NCBI GenBank assembly: GCA_963756875.1
Contig: CAVWPA010000003.1
Location: 1,632,001-1,696,000 of the forward strand
Source of the DNA: an uncultured Verrucomicrobiae bacterium
GTDB lineage: Bacteria > Verrucomicrobiota > Verrucomicrobiia > Chthoniobacterales > UBA10450
Direction of reading: 5' to 3'
DNA length: 64,000 nucleotides
Shown one piece after another: positions 20,529 through 29,931 of the stretch. Positions within the stretch are counted from its first letter, which is position 1. The number at the start of each line of letters is the position of its first letter. The translations under genes and the position numbers were made by a program. The notes under the pieces were generated by a model, which was not told the origin of the DNA, did no database searches, and saw only the letters and a list, made by a program, of their open reading frames with translations.

Positions 20529-22562
20529 ATGAAATATCCTGGAACGAATGCCTTGACCGCTCTGTCCGTGGTTCTTGCTTTTCCGGCTATGGCGCCCACC
20601 GCGAGCGCCGTTCAATTTAGGGCTGCGCGCGTGACGCAAATAATCAAGGACGTGAAACTGCTTCCCAGGCAGACGAGGCCGCGGGCAGCGTCTGTGAACG
20701 ACGAAGTGAGCGCCGGCACTGCCGTGCGCACCGGAGTGGATTCCCGCACGGAGCTGACCTTCACCGATCTGACCATTACGCGCCTTGGCGCGAACACGAT
20801 TTTCAGCTTTAACGAAGGAACTCGCCGCATCGATCTTGGCGGCGGGGCCGTGCTCGTGCAGGTCCCGCGGGGTGAGGCTGAAATGAAGATCAGCACCGCG
20901 GCTGTTACAGCCGGCATTAGCGGCGGCACGGCTCTCTTCGAGTGGAACAAGGGGTTTCCGGCAAAACTGCTCCTCCTTGAAGGTATCGGCCGCTTTTATC
21001 CCACAGGCCACCCCGATCAAGCCGTAATCGTTCATGGCGGAGAAATGGTGATGATGACCATAAACGGGCAAATCACCCGGGCGACAAAATTCAATGCGGC
21101 CCTGGTTTATAAGACGGCGAAGCTGATCACGAGTTTTCCCAAGCTTCCGAACGCCGATTTGATCATGGCGGTGATCGACCAACAGCAGGCCGAAATGTCC
21201 GAAGGGCCTTCGAACCCGCCCCCGAGCAATCCCATTGATACGACCGACCAGGCGATCGTGGCAAATCCGGCATTGGCAGGGTCGACGAAATTCGGGCCGC
21301 CTTCGGCGATCAAATCGCCGAACCCGTACCTCATCACAAGTGGTACGATGATTAATACCGATCCCATGATTACTACGAATGGCGTAACCAATCTCGGGAA
21401 AATTTATCGCGGCGCCTCTTTAGACGGTCCGTTAGCCACCTGGCTTGGCAGCACACCATCGGCCTTCGACAGCGTCAAATTTTTTGACAGTACCAACGGC
21501 GGGTTTAATCCTAGTGGTAACTCCCTTCCACTCCCGGGTTTCCTGTTCGCGGGGCTGCAACTGGATGGAGACCCGGCGGTTTCCAACTCCAGCGGCTACC
21601 CACTTCTAGGGCTTGTCAGCCAAAATGGGATCACGTCTTCTCCATCGGGGACCGTTTTTACGTTCGGCGGCATGCAGCAAGTCGCTCTAGTTACTCTCAA
21701 TGGCTCGATCGATCTGTCCGGGATCAGCTTCGCCAATTTCGGCCAGCTTTATATCTATGCTCGCGGCACGGGCTCAAATCTCACGCTGGCCGCGCCAATT
21801 TCCATTGATAAAGTTCAGCTCAGGGCAGAAGGAGATATCCAGCTAAACTCTTCTGTCACGACGTTCGGCACCGTTCATGACAAACGCGGATTTAAGGCCC
21901 TGGCGGGCAACAATCTTGTAGTCGGCTCGACCGTCACCACGAACGGCGGGGGGATCACTCTCCAGTCTCTGGGCGGCATAACCGTCAGCAATAGCGGCCA
22001 ACTTTTGTCCTTGCTCGATGCCATGGGAAACGGTGGTCAAGTCGTGATCATCGCCAGCGGCAGCGACACGCCCATCAACGTCAGCGGAACGATTCAGGCT
22101 GATCAGGGCGAGGTGGATATCCGTCAGACCGGCGTCGCGGGGCAAACGACTCTGAACAATGCGATGATCCACGGCGACGTTGTTAAAATATCGGCGCTTG
22201 GCGCGAACGGAGTGCTCAACATCGGCAGCGGTAACATGATTAACGCCGATTCGGTGATTAAACTCTACGCCCCGGGAAGCAACGGCACTCTCAACTTTAT
22301 GTCGAGCGTGACACTGAGCAGCCCGTCGAATATTCTTGCCGCCAACAGGATCACTATCGCCCCAACCGCTGTTGTTACGATCAACAGTGCGAGCAAGGCT
22401 GACATTTACACGAATATGCCGGACTACAATTTCATGCCTCAGCCCGGTTACAACGGCCCCCCTCCCAATGCGTCCAACGGCAGCTTCGACGGCGTGGGCG
22501 CGAACGATCCGCAACCGCTCGCAAATGCGCCGCCGCTCGGTGGTCCGGGGATGGGGCCATGA
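20529..22562 (+). CDS. Secreted FecR-domain protein with short beta-helix-like passenger (677 aa)
   Basis: Signal peptide ending ASA; GTAVRTGVDSRTELTFTDLTITRLGANT; shares N- and C-cap modules with its paralogues. Confidence 0.85.
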   Translation: MKYPGTNALTALSVVLAFPAMAPTASAVQFRAARVTQIIKDVKLLPRQTRPRAASVNDEVSAGTAVRTGVDSRTELTFTDLTITRLGANTIFSFNEGTRRIDLGGGAVLVQVPRGEAEMKISTAAVTAGISGGTALFEWNKGFPAKLLLLEGIGRFYPTGHPDQAVIVHGGEMVMMTINGQITRATKFNAALVYKTAKLITSFPKLPNADLIMAVIDQQQAEMSEGPSNPPPSNPIDTTDQAIVANPALAGSTKFGPPSAIKSPNPYLITSGTMINTDPMITTNGVTNLGKIYRGASLDGPLATWLGSTPSAFDSVKFFDSTNGGFNPSGNSLPLPGFLFAGLQLDGDPAVSNSSGYPLLGLVSQNGITSSPSGTVFTFGGMQQVALVTLNGSIDLSGISFANFGQLYIYARGTGSNLTLAAPISIDKVQLRAEGDIQLNSSVTTFGTVHDKRGFKALAGNNLVVGSTVTTNGGGITLQSLGGITVSNSGQLLSLLDAMGNGGQVVIIASGSDTPINVSGTIQADQGEVDIRQTGVAGQTTLNNAMIHGDVVKISALGANGVLNIGSGNMINADSVIKLYAPGSNGTLNFMSSVTLSSPSNILAANRITIAPTAVVTINSASKADIYTNMPDYNFMPQPGYNGPPPNASNGSFDGVGANDPQPLANAPPLGGPGMGP

Positions 22563-22595
22563 ACTTATTCTGGAAATGAAGCGAACATTCCCTTT

Positions 22596-23567
22596 ATGAT
22601 ATTAGACGTGACGCATCGGCCCCACTTTCATCGGAAGGCGTTTTTAACGGCTTTGTGCCTGCTGCTTTCTTTCACCCTGGCAAAATCCAGCTTGGCGCAG
22701 ACTGTTCAGGCGGACCAGGCCGAATTGGCGCGCAGCCAGACGGCGCTTGCTCCAAATGTTTCACCGAGTGGCATTGTGAACGGCCGTGCCGTATCGAGCC
22801 CTAACGATTCCGACCTCGGCGAGCAGCAGATTCTCAAGCGGGTGGAGGAGTATGAGCCTTTCACGGCATCAGTCGCGGTGCCGATTTATTACACCTCCAA
22901 TGTGGCGTTGACGAATAGCGGCGAGCGTAGCGATCTCATTACCGCGCCAGTGGGTTCTGTAGTCTACCAGCCGCGCATCACCAAGACGCTCTACGGGCTC
23001 GTCGATGTAAGGCAGCAATTGTTTTACTACAATCAGTATCCCGCGTTCGATTTTGGGAGCATGGATGTCGAAGCGGGTCTGATTTATTTGCTGCCGCAGT
23101 TTCACAACCTCATCTTGCGCGCCGAGTACGACTTCAATCGTCTGACTTCGTCCGACCGCGTGTTGGATGAATTTTACCAGAATCATTCCGTTATCGTGAA
23201 CGCCGAGGTCCCATTCCGCATATCTCGGGCGGCGCAAGTCTCGTTAGGCGGCGATGCCAACATCAGCGTGGCAGCGGATCATCAGGCGCCAAGAAGAAAC
23301 GATTACGACGGTTACGCCAGTTGCTCGGTGTTGCTCACCCGCTCGCTTTCCATTGGTGGCGCCGCTCGCGTGGTTGTGCGTAACTATCACCAGAATAATC
23401 GCACGGACGTAAGCGAAATCGTTTCGGCGACTGCCAGTCTGCGACTGACAAACTGGTGGACTGTGAGCGCGATCGGCACTTTTGCGCGCAGCGATTCAAA
23501 TCACGATGTCTTCGATTACAGCGTGGTGAATGCGGGCGGCGCACTCGCGTTGACAGCGAAGTTCTAG
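22596..23567 (+). CDS. Outer-membrane beta-barrel protein
   Basis: Signal peptide ending SLA; amphipathic strands rich in Tyr/Phe; C-terminal ALALTAKF beta-signal. Confidence 0.75.
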   Translation: MILDVTHRPHFHRKAFLTALCLLLSFTLAKSSLAQTVQADQAELARSQTALAPNVSPSGIVNGRAVSSPNDSDLGEQQILKRVEEYEPFTASVAVPIYYTSNVALTNSGERSDLITAPVGSVVYQPRITKTLYGLVDVRQQLFYYNQYPAFDFGSMDVEAGLIYLLPQFHNLILRAEYDFNRLTSSDRVLDEFYQNHSVIVNAEVPFRISRAAQVSLGGDANISVAADHQAPRRNDYDGYASCSVLLTRSLSIGGAARVVVRNYHQNNRTDVSEIVSATASLRLTNWWTVSAIGTFARSDSNHDVFDYSVVNAGGALALTAKF

Positions 23568-23572
23568 CCGAT

Positions 23573-26500
23573 ATGCGGCGGGCACGTGGTCATCATACCC
23601 AGACCGGTTTTGCATTGTCGTGCGGGGTGTGGCTGTTGTTGTCCCTGATTGTGCCTGCTTCATCGGCAATGGCCGCGGGGCTGAAACAGGCGACTGTCAC
23701 GCGAATTATTCAAGACGTGCAATTGCTTCCGAGCGAGGCATCGCCCAGGCCGGCAGTCGTAAACGACATTGTGCGTCAGAAAACGGCGGTGCGAACCGGC
23801 GCGGACTCCCGCACTGAGCTTACATTTACCGACCGGACACTCACGCGACTCGGAGCAAATACGCTTTTTAGCTTCAACGAGGGCACGCGCAGCATCGATC
23901 TCGGGGGCGGCGCTATGCTTTTAAGCGTGCCGAAAGGCGCCGCCACGACAAGGATCATGACCGCCGGGGTAAGCGCTGGAATCAGCGGAGGCACGGCATT
24001 GGGCGAGTATCATCGCGATGCGTACAGCAAGTTTATCGTTCTGGAAGGCGTTGCGCGGATCTACCTGAGACATCGCCTGGGTGAATCGCTGCTTCTTCAT
24101 GCCGGGCAGATGATTATTCTGAAGCCGGATGCGAAGCATCTGCCTGACCCGGTGGATATCGATCTGGGCCGGTTGATGAAAACATGTCTGCTCATTGTGG
24201 GGTTTCCGCCGTTGCACAACGAACCGTTGATCGCGGACGCAATTCAGCAGCAGAACCAGGAGAAAGCCAAAGGAACGCTTTACGACACCAACATGGTCAT
24301 CGTCGGCAATGGGACACTGGTTTCATTGGTCGATCCGACGTTTCTCGATCTCCTCGACCAGGCAATCAATAATGGGCCCGGCCCGGGCGGCGGCGGTGTG
24401 GTGATTCCGGAATTTGGTCCGCTCAATACAATTACCTCGCCGAATCCATACGTCATCACATCCGGCACGAAAATCAGAACCGCGCCGACGATTACCACCG
24501 GAGGCATCACTCAGGGTGGGAAAATTTATCGTGGAAATATGATCGATGGGTTCGCCTCCGACTACTTCTTCGGATCGAGCTCCAACTTTGACTTCGCGAG
24601 TGAATTCAATGGAGTCGGGGAAGGCGCAAACGGCGATCTCCCGATGGCAACGTTCAGATTTACGTCGCTGCAAATCACAGGGAATCCGACGATCAAAGTG
24701 CCGAGTGGCGGCGCGACCAATCTTACTTTGATCAGCGAAGGCAATATCACATCGGGTGCGCCCGGTGGGACACTCACGCTCAATGGCATGAATGCGGTCT
24801 TACTTGCCACGCAGAACGGATCCATCAATCTGGGACCGCAGCTGACCTTCTCGAATTTTAACTTCCTGTCGCTCTACGCCCGCGGCGCGGGTTCGAACGT
24901 GACGATCGCCTCGCCTGTTTTGAATCTGTCAGGCGTATCGTTGACCGCGGAAGGTTCTGTCACAGTAAACGGCAATGAGACTGTGCAGAGCTTTCAGGCT
25001 TTTACCGGTGTTGATTTTCTCGGCGGTACCGGGCATGTCATTGCCGCCAGCGACATTGGCATCATGACAGGCAACAATCTCGATTTCACGACCGCGAATT
25101 TCGCAGTGACTACAGGCACACCGAGCGTCTTCTTGCTAGCTACTGGAAATGCGAATCTCGATATTCGAAACGATCAAAGCATATTTGCAAATGCCAGTTT
25201 CATTTTCGTCGATGGCGTCGCCGAGAACTATACCGCCGATGCGGGCGGAACGACGTTGATGTTTAATCCTACGGCGCAGGTGCAGTTCTTTGCTGAAGCA
25301 GGTGGTATTCAGGCTCTGGAAACCACGTTTCTTCAAACCAGCAACATGATGCAGTTTACCTCCACCGGTGACATCGATGTTAACTCGATCGTCGGTGCCG
25401 ATATCATTCGTTCCACCGCCGGCAGCATCCACAGCTCGGAGCCGTTGTCAGCCAATACGATCGCGGCCGCAGCAGCCATCACTTCTGCAGCCGACCTGAC
25501 CGCTGTTAACTCCATCACGGCAGGGACGATAATCAGCGTCACAGATAATTTGATTTCGCCGAGCGTTCAGGCCGGCGGGAACATCACTGCGGGCCTCGTC
25601 GAAGTTCAAAACATTAATCCCAACAACGCTCTACCGAGCAATACGACCCTGACAGCCGGGGGCGGCGGTATCATTCCGTTTCCCGGAGCGGGCGGTTCGG
25701 GTTTACAGCACACTTTCAATCTGACGACCATTGTCTCGCCACAAGGAATCGATTTTACTGGAAGCCATTTCGGGCCTGGGGCCAACGGCGGCGTGCTGAC
25801 GATTAATGCGCAAACGCAGGACTTTTCCTCGGCGGGTATCAACGGCGCGAACTTCAATGGCGCGGACGCGCCGACCATCGCGAACCCGGCCGGCAGCGGC
25901 GGCAGCCTGACAGTAAACACGGCCAACGCTCTTACGGTGAATGGCGTTGATATCACCGCTACCACGGGGATCATCGATACCAATAGCACGCCCTCTGGCG
26001 CGGGAGGGAGCGTCAGCTTGAATTCACAGAGCGGACAGGTGAGCCTCACCAATACTCGTATTCAGGTCTCATCCAGCGACCCGATGGGAACAGCGAACCG
26101 CCGTTCCAGTGGAAATGGCGGCAATATCAACATCTCCAGCGCCGCCACAACCGGCACGGCCATTCTCATCGACAATAGCGCGCAATTGTTGTCCCTGCTC
26201 GAAAATACCGCGCCGGGTCCGTCCGGATTGATCACGATTTCCGCCAGCGGCGCGAACAGTAGCATTCAAGCCGGTGGACAGATTGAAGCGGACAGCGGCA
26301 GTCCCACCACTGCTGCGCACGGCATCGACATTCGTCACACGGGCGCCGCCGGCCAGATCACCCTGACGAACGTGAACGCACACGCCGACATCATTAAGGT
26401 GGCGGCGCTGGGCAACAACGGCACGCTCACCATTAGTGGCGGAATGTTGAGTGCCGACACAACCTTAAAACTTTATGCGCCCGGCAGTAACGGGCAGATT

Positions 26501-26764
26501 GTTTTTGTGGCTGATTGCACGATCGCAGGAGGTAATGCCAATATCCTCGCTGCAAACAGTGTGACGATAAACACTGGCGTTACCGTCACGACGCAGGGAC
26601 ACGCCGCCGATGTGTATGTCAACCAGACTAGCGGCATCCCAAACGCCAATTACACTGGTTTCGGCGGAAACGCCTCGACAACCGGTACCTTTGCCGGGCT
26701 TGGCGCCACCAATCCGCAAATGCTTAGCGCGGCGCCGGTCCTTGGGCCACCAGGCGGTCCATGA
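23573..26764 (+). CDS. Secreted FecR-domain protein with beta-helix-like passenger (about 1063 aa)
   Basis: ATG at 23573 precedes a signal peptide ending AMA; TAVRTGADSRTELTFTDRTLTRLGANT; shared caps. Confidence 0.85.
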   Translation: MRRARGHHTQTGFALSCGVWLLLSLIVPASSAMAAGLKQATVTRIIQDVQLLPSEASPRPAVVNDIVRQKTAVRTGADSRTELTFTDRTLTRLGANTLFSFNEGTRSIDLGGGAMLLSVPKGAATTRIMTAGVSAGISGGTALGEYHRDAYSKFIVLEGVARIYLRHRLGESLLLHAGQMIILKPDAKHLPDPVDIDLGRLMKTCLLIVGFPPLHNEPLIADAIQQQNQEKAKGTLYDTNMVIVGNGTLVSLVDPTFLDLLDQAINNGPGPGGGGVVIPEFGPLNTITSPNPYVITSGTKIRTAPTITTGGITQGGKIYRGNMIDGFASDYFFGSSSNFDFASEFNGVGEGANGDLPMATFRFTSLQITGNPTIKVPSGGATNLTLISEGNITSGAPGGTLTLNGMNAVLLATQNGSINLGPQLTFSNFNFLSLYARGAGSNVTIASPVLNLSGVSLTAEGSVTVNGNETVQSFQAFTGVDFLGGTGHVIAASDIGIMTGNNLDFTTANFAVTTGTPSVFLLATGNANLDIRNDQSIFANASFIFVDGVAENYTADAGGTTLMFNPTAQVQFFAEAGGIQALETTFLQTSNMMQFTSTGDIDVNSIVGADIIRSTAGSIHSSEPLSANTIAAAAAITSAADLTAVNSITAGTIISVTDNLISPSVQAGGNITAGLVEVQNINPNNALPSNTTLTAGGGGIIPFPGAGGSGLQHTFNLTTIVSPQGIDFTGSHFGPGANGGVLTINAQTQDFSSAGINGANFNGADAPTIANPAGSGGSLTVNTANALTVNGVDITATTGIIDTNSTPSGAGGSVSLNSQSGQVSLTNTRIQVSSSDPMGTANRRSSGNGGNINISSAATTGTAILIDNSAQLLSLLENTAPGPSGLITISASGANSSIQAGGQIEADSGSPTTAAHGIDIRHTGAAGQITLTNVNAHADIIKVAALGNNGTLTISGGMLSADTTLKLYAPGSNGQIVFVADCTIAGGNANILAANSVTINTGVTVTTQGHAADVYVNQTSGIPNANYTGFGGNASTTGTFAGLGATNPQMLSAAPVLGPPGGP

Positions 26765-27597
26765 ATCGAGTATCGTATCGACAAGAAATAATTATCATGA
26801 AGAAACTGCTTTCACATCGAATAACTCCCATCGCGATTGCGTTCGCCTTTGCTGCTGCGATTTCGGTCGCCACTTTTGTTTTTGCGGCGGAAAAAAAAGA
26901 AGCCCGCGTCACAGAGGTAATCCGCGAAGTGCGCTTGCTTACGCCACGCGGCGGACCGCGCCCGGCTGCCGTGAATGAGAGCCTCCACGAGGGAACCGCC
27001 GTGCGCACCGGCAGGGATTCCCGCGCCGAGCTCACTTTTTCCGATCAAACCCTTGCCCGCCTTGGCGAGAACACTATTTTCAGTTTGGCAGGGGGATCCC
27101 GAACTTACAATCTGGGTGGCGGAGCTATCCTGATGTCCGCGCCGAACGGTACCGGCGCCGTCAGAATTGCTTCCCCGGTGGCGACGGCCGCCGTAACAGG
27201 TTTTACGGTCATGTTTGAGGAGCACAAAAATGGCTGGAGCAAATTCATCGTTTTACATGGACAAGGCAGAGTCTCGTTCAAAGGAATTCCAGGCCGCCCT
27301 TGCCGGTTGCACACCGGCCAGATGATCGTCTGGCCTCCGCATCCCGTCAGATGTCCGGACGTGCTGAATATCGATCTCTCGAAATTGTTGCGGGGAAACC
27401 TGGTCAAAGGCTTTAGGCGGCCGTTACCGGAGCTTGCTCTTATTTTTGGCCGATATACAAAACCAGCAGACTTCGCCGCCGCCGGGTGGTTTTGTCGATC
27501 CGACAAATCAGGATGCGCTCGATCTGAACGCCAACGTGATTCCACCATCTCCGCCGCCGAGACCGCCGCATGGGGAGTGAGGCCCCCTAGGGAGTAG
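26761..27597 (+). CDS. Secreted FecR-domain protein, no passenger; probable +1 frameshift at about 27445 (corrected stop about 27580)
   Basis: EGTAVRTGRDSRAELTFSDQTLARLGENT. The alternative frame gives LADIQNQQTSPPPGGFVDPTNQD, resembling the paralogue linkers. Confidence 0.8.
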   Translation: MNRVSYRQEIIIMKKLLSHRITPIAIAFAFAAAISVATFVFAAEKKEARVTEVIREVRLLTPRGGPRPAAVNESLHEGTAVRTGRDSRAELTFSDQTLARLGENTIFSLAGGSRTYNLGGGAILMSAPNGTGAVRIASPVATAAVTGFTVMFEEHKNGWSKFIVLHGQGRVSFKGIPGRPCRLHTGQMIVWPPHPVRCPDVLNIDLSKLLRGNLVKGFRRPLPELALIFGRYTKPADFAAAGWFCRSDKSGCARSERQRDSTISAAETAAWGVRPPRE

Positions 27598-27651
27598 TAG
27601 CTCTTTGGATACCAGCGACTCTGCGCTGCGGCGGCGTTTCGGCCCCCCGAG

Positions 27652-28560
27652 TTATCGCCGATGCCTGTCTTCGAGATATCCCGCACCCAGCGCGATTCCT
27701 GCCAGCAAGAGCGACGCCGCTGTCGCCAAGGGAACGGGATCGAAAGGCGCGGGCGGAAGATCGACAATTCCATTTTCATCCGTGCGCGCCGGCCTTCGCG
27801 CGTAACGGCCTCGTCGTGGCGGACGAATTGTTTCTGAGAAGAACTGCATTCTGTCCGGCAAATTCGAGTCGGTAATCGGTATCCCGTGTCCGCAGCCGGC
27901 CACATTCGGCCGCAAATTTGCCAGCTCTTTAACGGAGGACCGCGCCAATTCCCAGTCGGTGGTGAACGGTCGGGGTGGTGGAGACAATCGCTGCCTTCCG
28001 GTAACCAGCGCGCTCCAGGAATCCATGTTTACGGTGGTAAAAGCGTCGCCGGCGAGAAGGACGCGGTCCGAGCTTCGAAACAATACGATGTGCCCGGGAG
28101 AATGACCGGGCGTGGCAAGCCATTGCCAGTTGCTTGTTCCCGGGACCTTACCGGCTTGCAACTCGCGAACGCGGCCGGTCAGATTGCGGGGCTGCGCCAC
28201 AAAAAACCGCGAAAGAAACGCGAGCGCGCCGCCAACTGTTGGATCGGCCGGCGGATAAGGCGCCTTCCCGGTCAGGAACGGCATTTCCAGGCGATGCGCA
28301 TAAATCGGCACATCCCATGTTTCGGACAGCGTCAACGCTGAACCGGCGTGGTCCATGTGCCCGTGTGTCAGAACGATCGCCTCCGGTCTCGAGCCGGTGC
28401 CGAAGCGGGCCTCGGCTGCTCCCAGGATTTCTTTTGCCGAGCCTGGCAGCGCAGCGTCGAGCAGTACCCATTTTCCTCCGGGGCGCCCAATGAAATAGAC
28501 ATTAGCAAAGCTTACTGGCAGCCAGCCGACATCAGGCGCGATCCGGGTAATGGGTTTCAT
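27652..28560 (-). CDS. MBL-fold metallo-hydrolase
   Basis: LTHGHMDHAG, TPGHSPGH, LLAGDA, GHG. Confidence 0.92.
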   Translation of the reverse strand: MKPITRIAPDVGWLPVSFANVYFIGRPGGKWVLLDAALPGSAKEILGAAEARFGTGSRPEAIVLTHGHMDHAGSALTLSETWDVPIYAHRLEMPFLTGKAPYPPADPTVGGALAFLSRFFVAQPRNLTGRVRELQAGKVPGTSNWQWLATPGHSPGHIVLFRSSDRVLLAGDAFTTVNMDSWSALVTGRQRLSPPPRPFTTDWELARSSVKELANLRPNVAGCGHGIPITDSNLPDRMQFFSETIRPPRRGRYARRPARTDENGIVDLPPAPFDPVPLATAASLLLAGIALGAGYLEDRHRR

Positions 28561-28619
28561 GATTTTGAGAGGCAGTGATCGCTTTCTGCAATCATTAGAT
28601 CTCTAAATCGCCAGTTTTT

Positions 28620-29300
28620 TCAGGGAATGGTTAAACTCTGCCCCACTTTCAGGTCATCGGGATCATCGATGCTTTTGCGGTTGGCGTCGAGGATCTCTTT
28701 CCAGTGCGCGGACGACTTATAGAACTTCCTCGAAATCGACGCGAGCGTGTCTCCCCGTTTTACGACGTAAGTCCGGCCAGGCTTCTTTTTGGTTTTTCCA
28801 GAATGGGAATGTCCTCCGGGCGATTTTTCGGCGGCGGCGTTGTGAGCTTTTGACCACCGCTCTTCGAGCTGTTTGCGGAGATTCAGATTCTCGTTCCGTA
28901 AACGTGTGGCTTCCGCCCGCGTCAGGACCGAATCGCCGGACGAACTGGTAGCCAGCGCGAGCTCGTCGCGTTTTACGAATCCTTTAACTTCGCCGGCGCG
29001 TTTGCCATTTGGATTGAGCGTCAGATACCGCTTGAAGTGGTGAAGTGCATCGAGGGGATCGTTCATCTTGTCGTCGTAGATCAAGGCGAGCTTATAATGG
29101 ATGTCCGCCGAATCCGGTGTTCCGTCGAGCGCCGCCTCGTAAAGATTGATCGCCCATAGAAAATCGCCCTGTGCTGATTTCGCGTCCGCTTCCTTGACCA
29201 GCTGGGTGTTGCGCGGCGTGATCATTCGATCGCAGCCGGCGAGCCAAAACAGCGACAGGATCGGCAGCCAAAAGCAGAACTTGTCAACGCACCTCAACAT
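28620..29300 (-). CDS. TPR + LysM lipoprotein
   Basis: LAGC lipobox, TPR helices, YVVKRGDTLASISRKFY...LKVGQSLTIP. Confidence 0.9.
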   Translation of the reverse strand: MLRCVDKFCFWLPILSLFWLAGCDRMITPRNTQLVKEADAKSAQGDFLWAINLYEAALDGTPDSADIHYKLALIYDDKMNDPLDALHHFKRYLTLNPNGKRAGEVKGFVKRDELALATSSSGDSVLTRAEATRLRNENLNLRKQLEERWSKAHNAAAEKSPGGHSHSGKTKKKPGRTYVVKRGDTLASISRKFYKSSAHWKEILDANRKSIDDPDDLKVGQSLTIP

Positions 29301-29348
29301 CGCAGTGATTGTTTTAACAACGCCGGCCCATTTGAAAAAGGCGAAACA

Positions 29349-29758
29349 TTAGAAGCCGTCTCATAAATAGGGATGGCCGCGTGGCTGTTGTTTTTTGGTT
29401 TGAACAAGGCGCGACGAGGAAGGATATCCGAATGGATCTGCGACCGAGGAGCAACGCAGCTCAAGCCGAAAAGCGACGCCACCCAAGGGGCAAGAGCACT
29501 TTAGGGTGCCTGGCGACGTTGCTCGCTCCTTACAGACCGCAACGGGTATGCTCGTCGCTTGCGCCCTGCCAGACGCCCTAAATTGCTCTTGCGAGGCCAA
29601 CCCATATTTACGAGATGGCTTAGCACTGTTGAAAAGCTTAGCCGGAGCGGGATTCCTGTGGTGGCAGCCGTGCCGGCTGCGTTACGTTTTGCAGGCGACA
29701 CGCCTGCCTCTACAGAGTTACGATAAGAGGCTTTTCAACAGAGCTAGATGGCTTCTAG
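29349..29758. mobile_element. Structured non-autonomous element (MITE) whose right TIR is interrupted by a second MITE
   Basis: Left end ttagaagccgtctcataaata; reconstituted right end tatttacgagatggcttctag; long internal inverted repeats (gcaagagcactttaggg...ccctaaattgctcttgc). Confidence 0.7.
29622..29745. mobile_element. MITE with IS903-like TIRs, 9-bp TSD and REP cargo
   Basis: TIRs agcactgttgaaaagc / gcttttcaacagagct; direct repeat agatggctt at 29613-29621 and 29746-29754. Confidence 0.85.
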
Positions 29759-29931
29759 GAGATCGCCGCCCCGATTATCGCCCTGGCAAACCGACTTTCT
29801 GTATGATGACTGTGAGCAGCAGTCTGAAATAGATATGCGGGGCGTACGCGCCGCCTGCCGCGCCATAGCGAAGCGGCGGCGGGTCGGCGCCCATTAATAT
29901 TTGGGAGACGACGGCGTGTGTCCCTCCAACT

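Noticed and set aside
14180..27597. Canonical FecI-FecR-FecA iron signalling, or a CdiA/CdiB or autotransporter locus
   Set aside because: No adjacent ECF sigma or TonB receptor, no cytoplasmic anti-sigma segment, no recognisable TPS domain, toxin/immunity pair or POTRA region, and no C-terminal barrel on the passengers.
29294..29832. Short ORFs in the 29.3-29.8 kb gap
   Set aside because: They are translations of nested MITE/REP sequence with no protein motifs.
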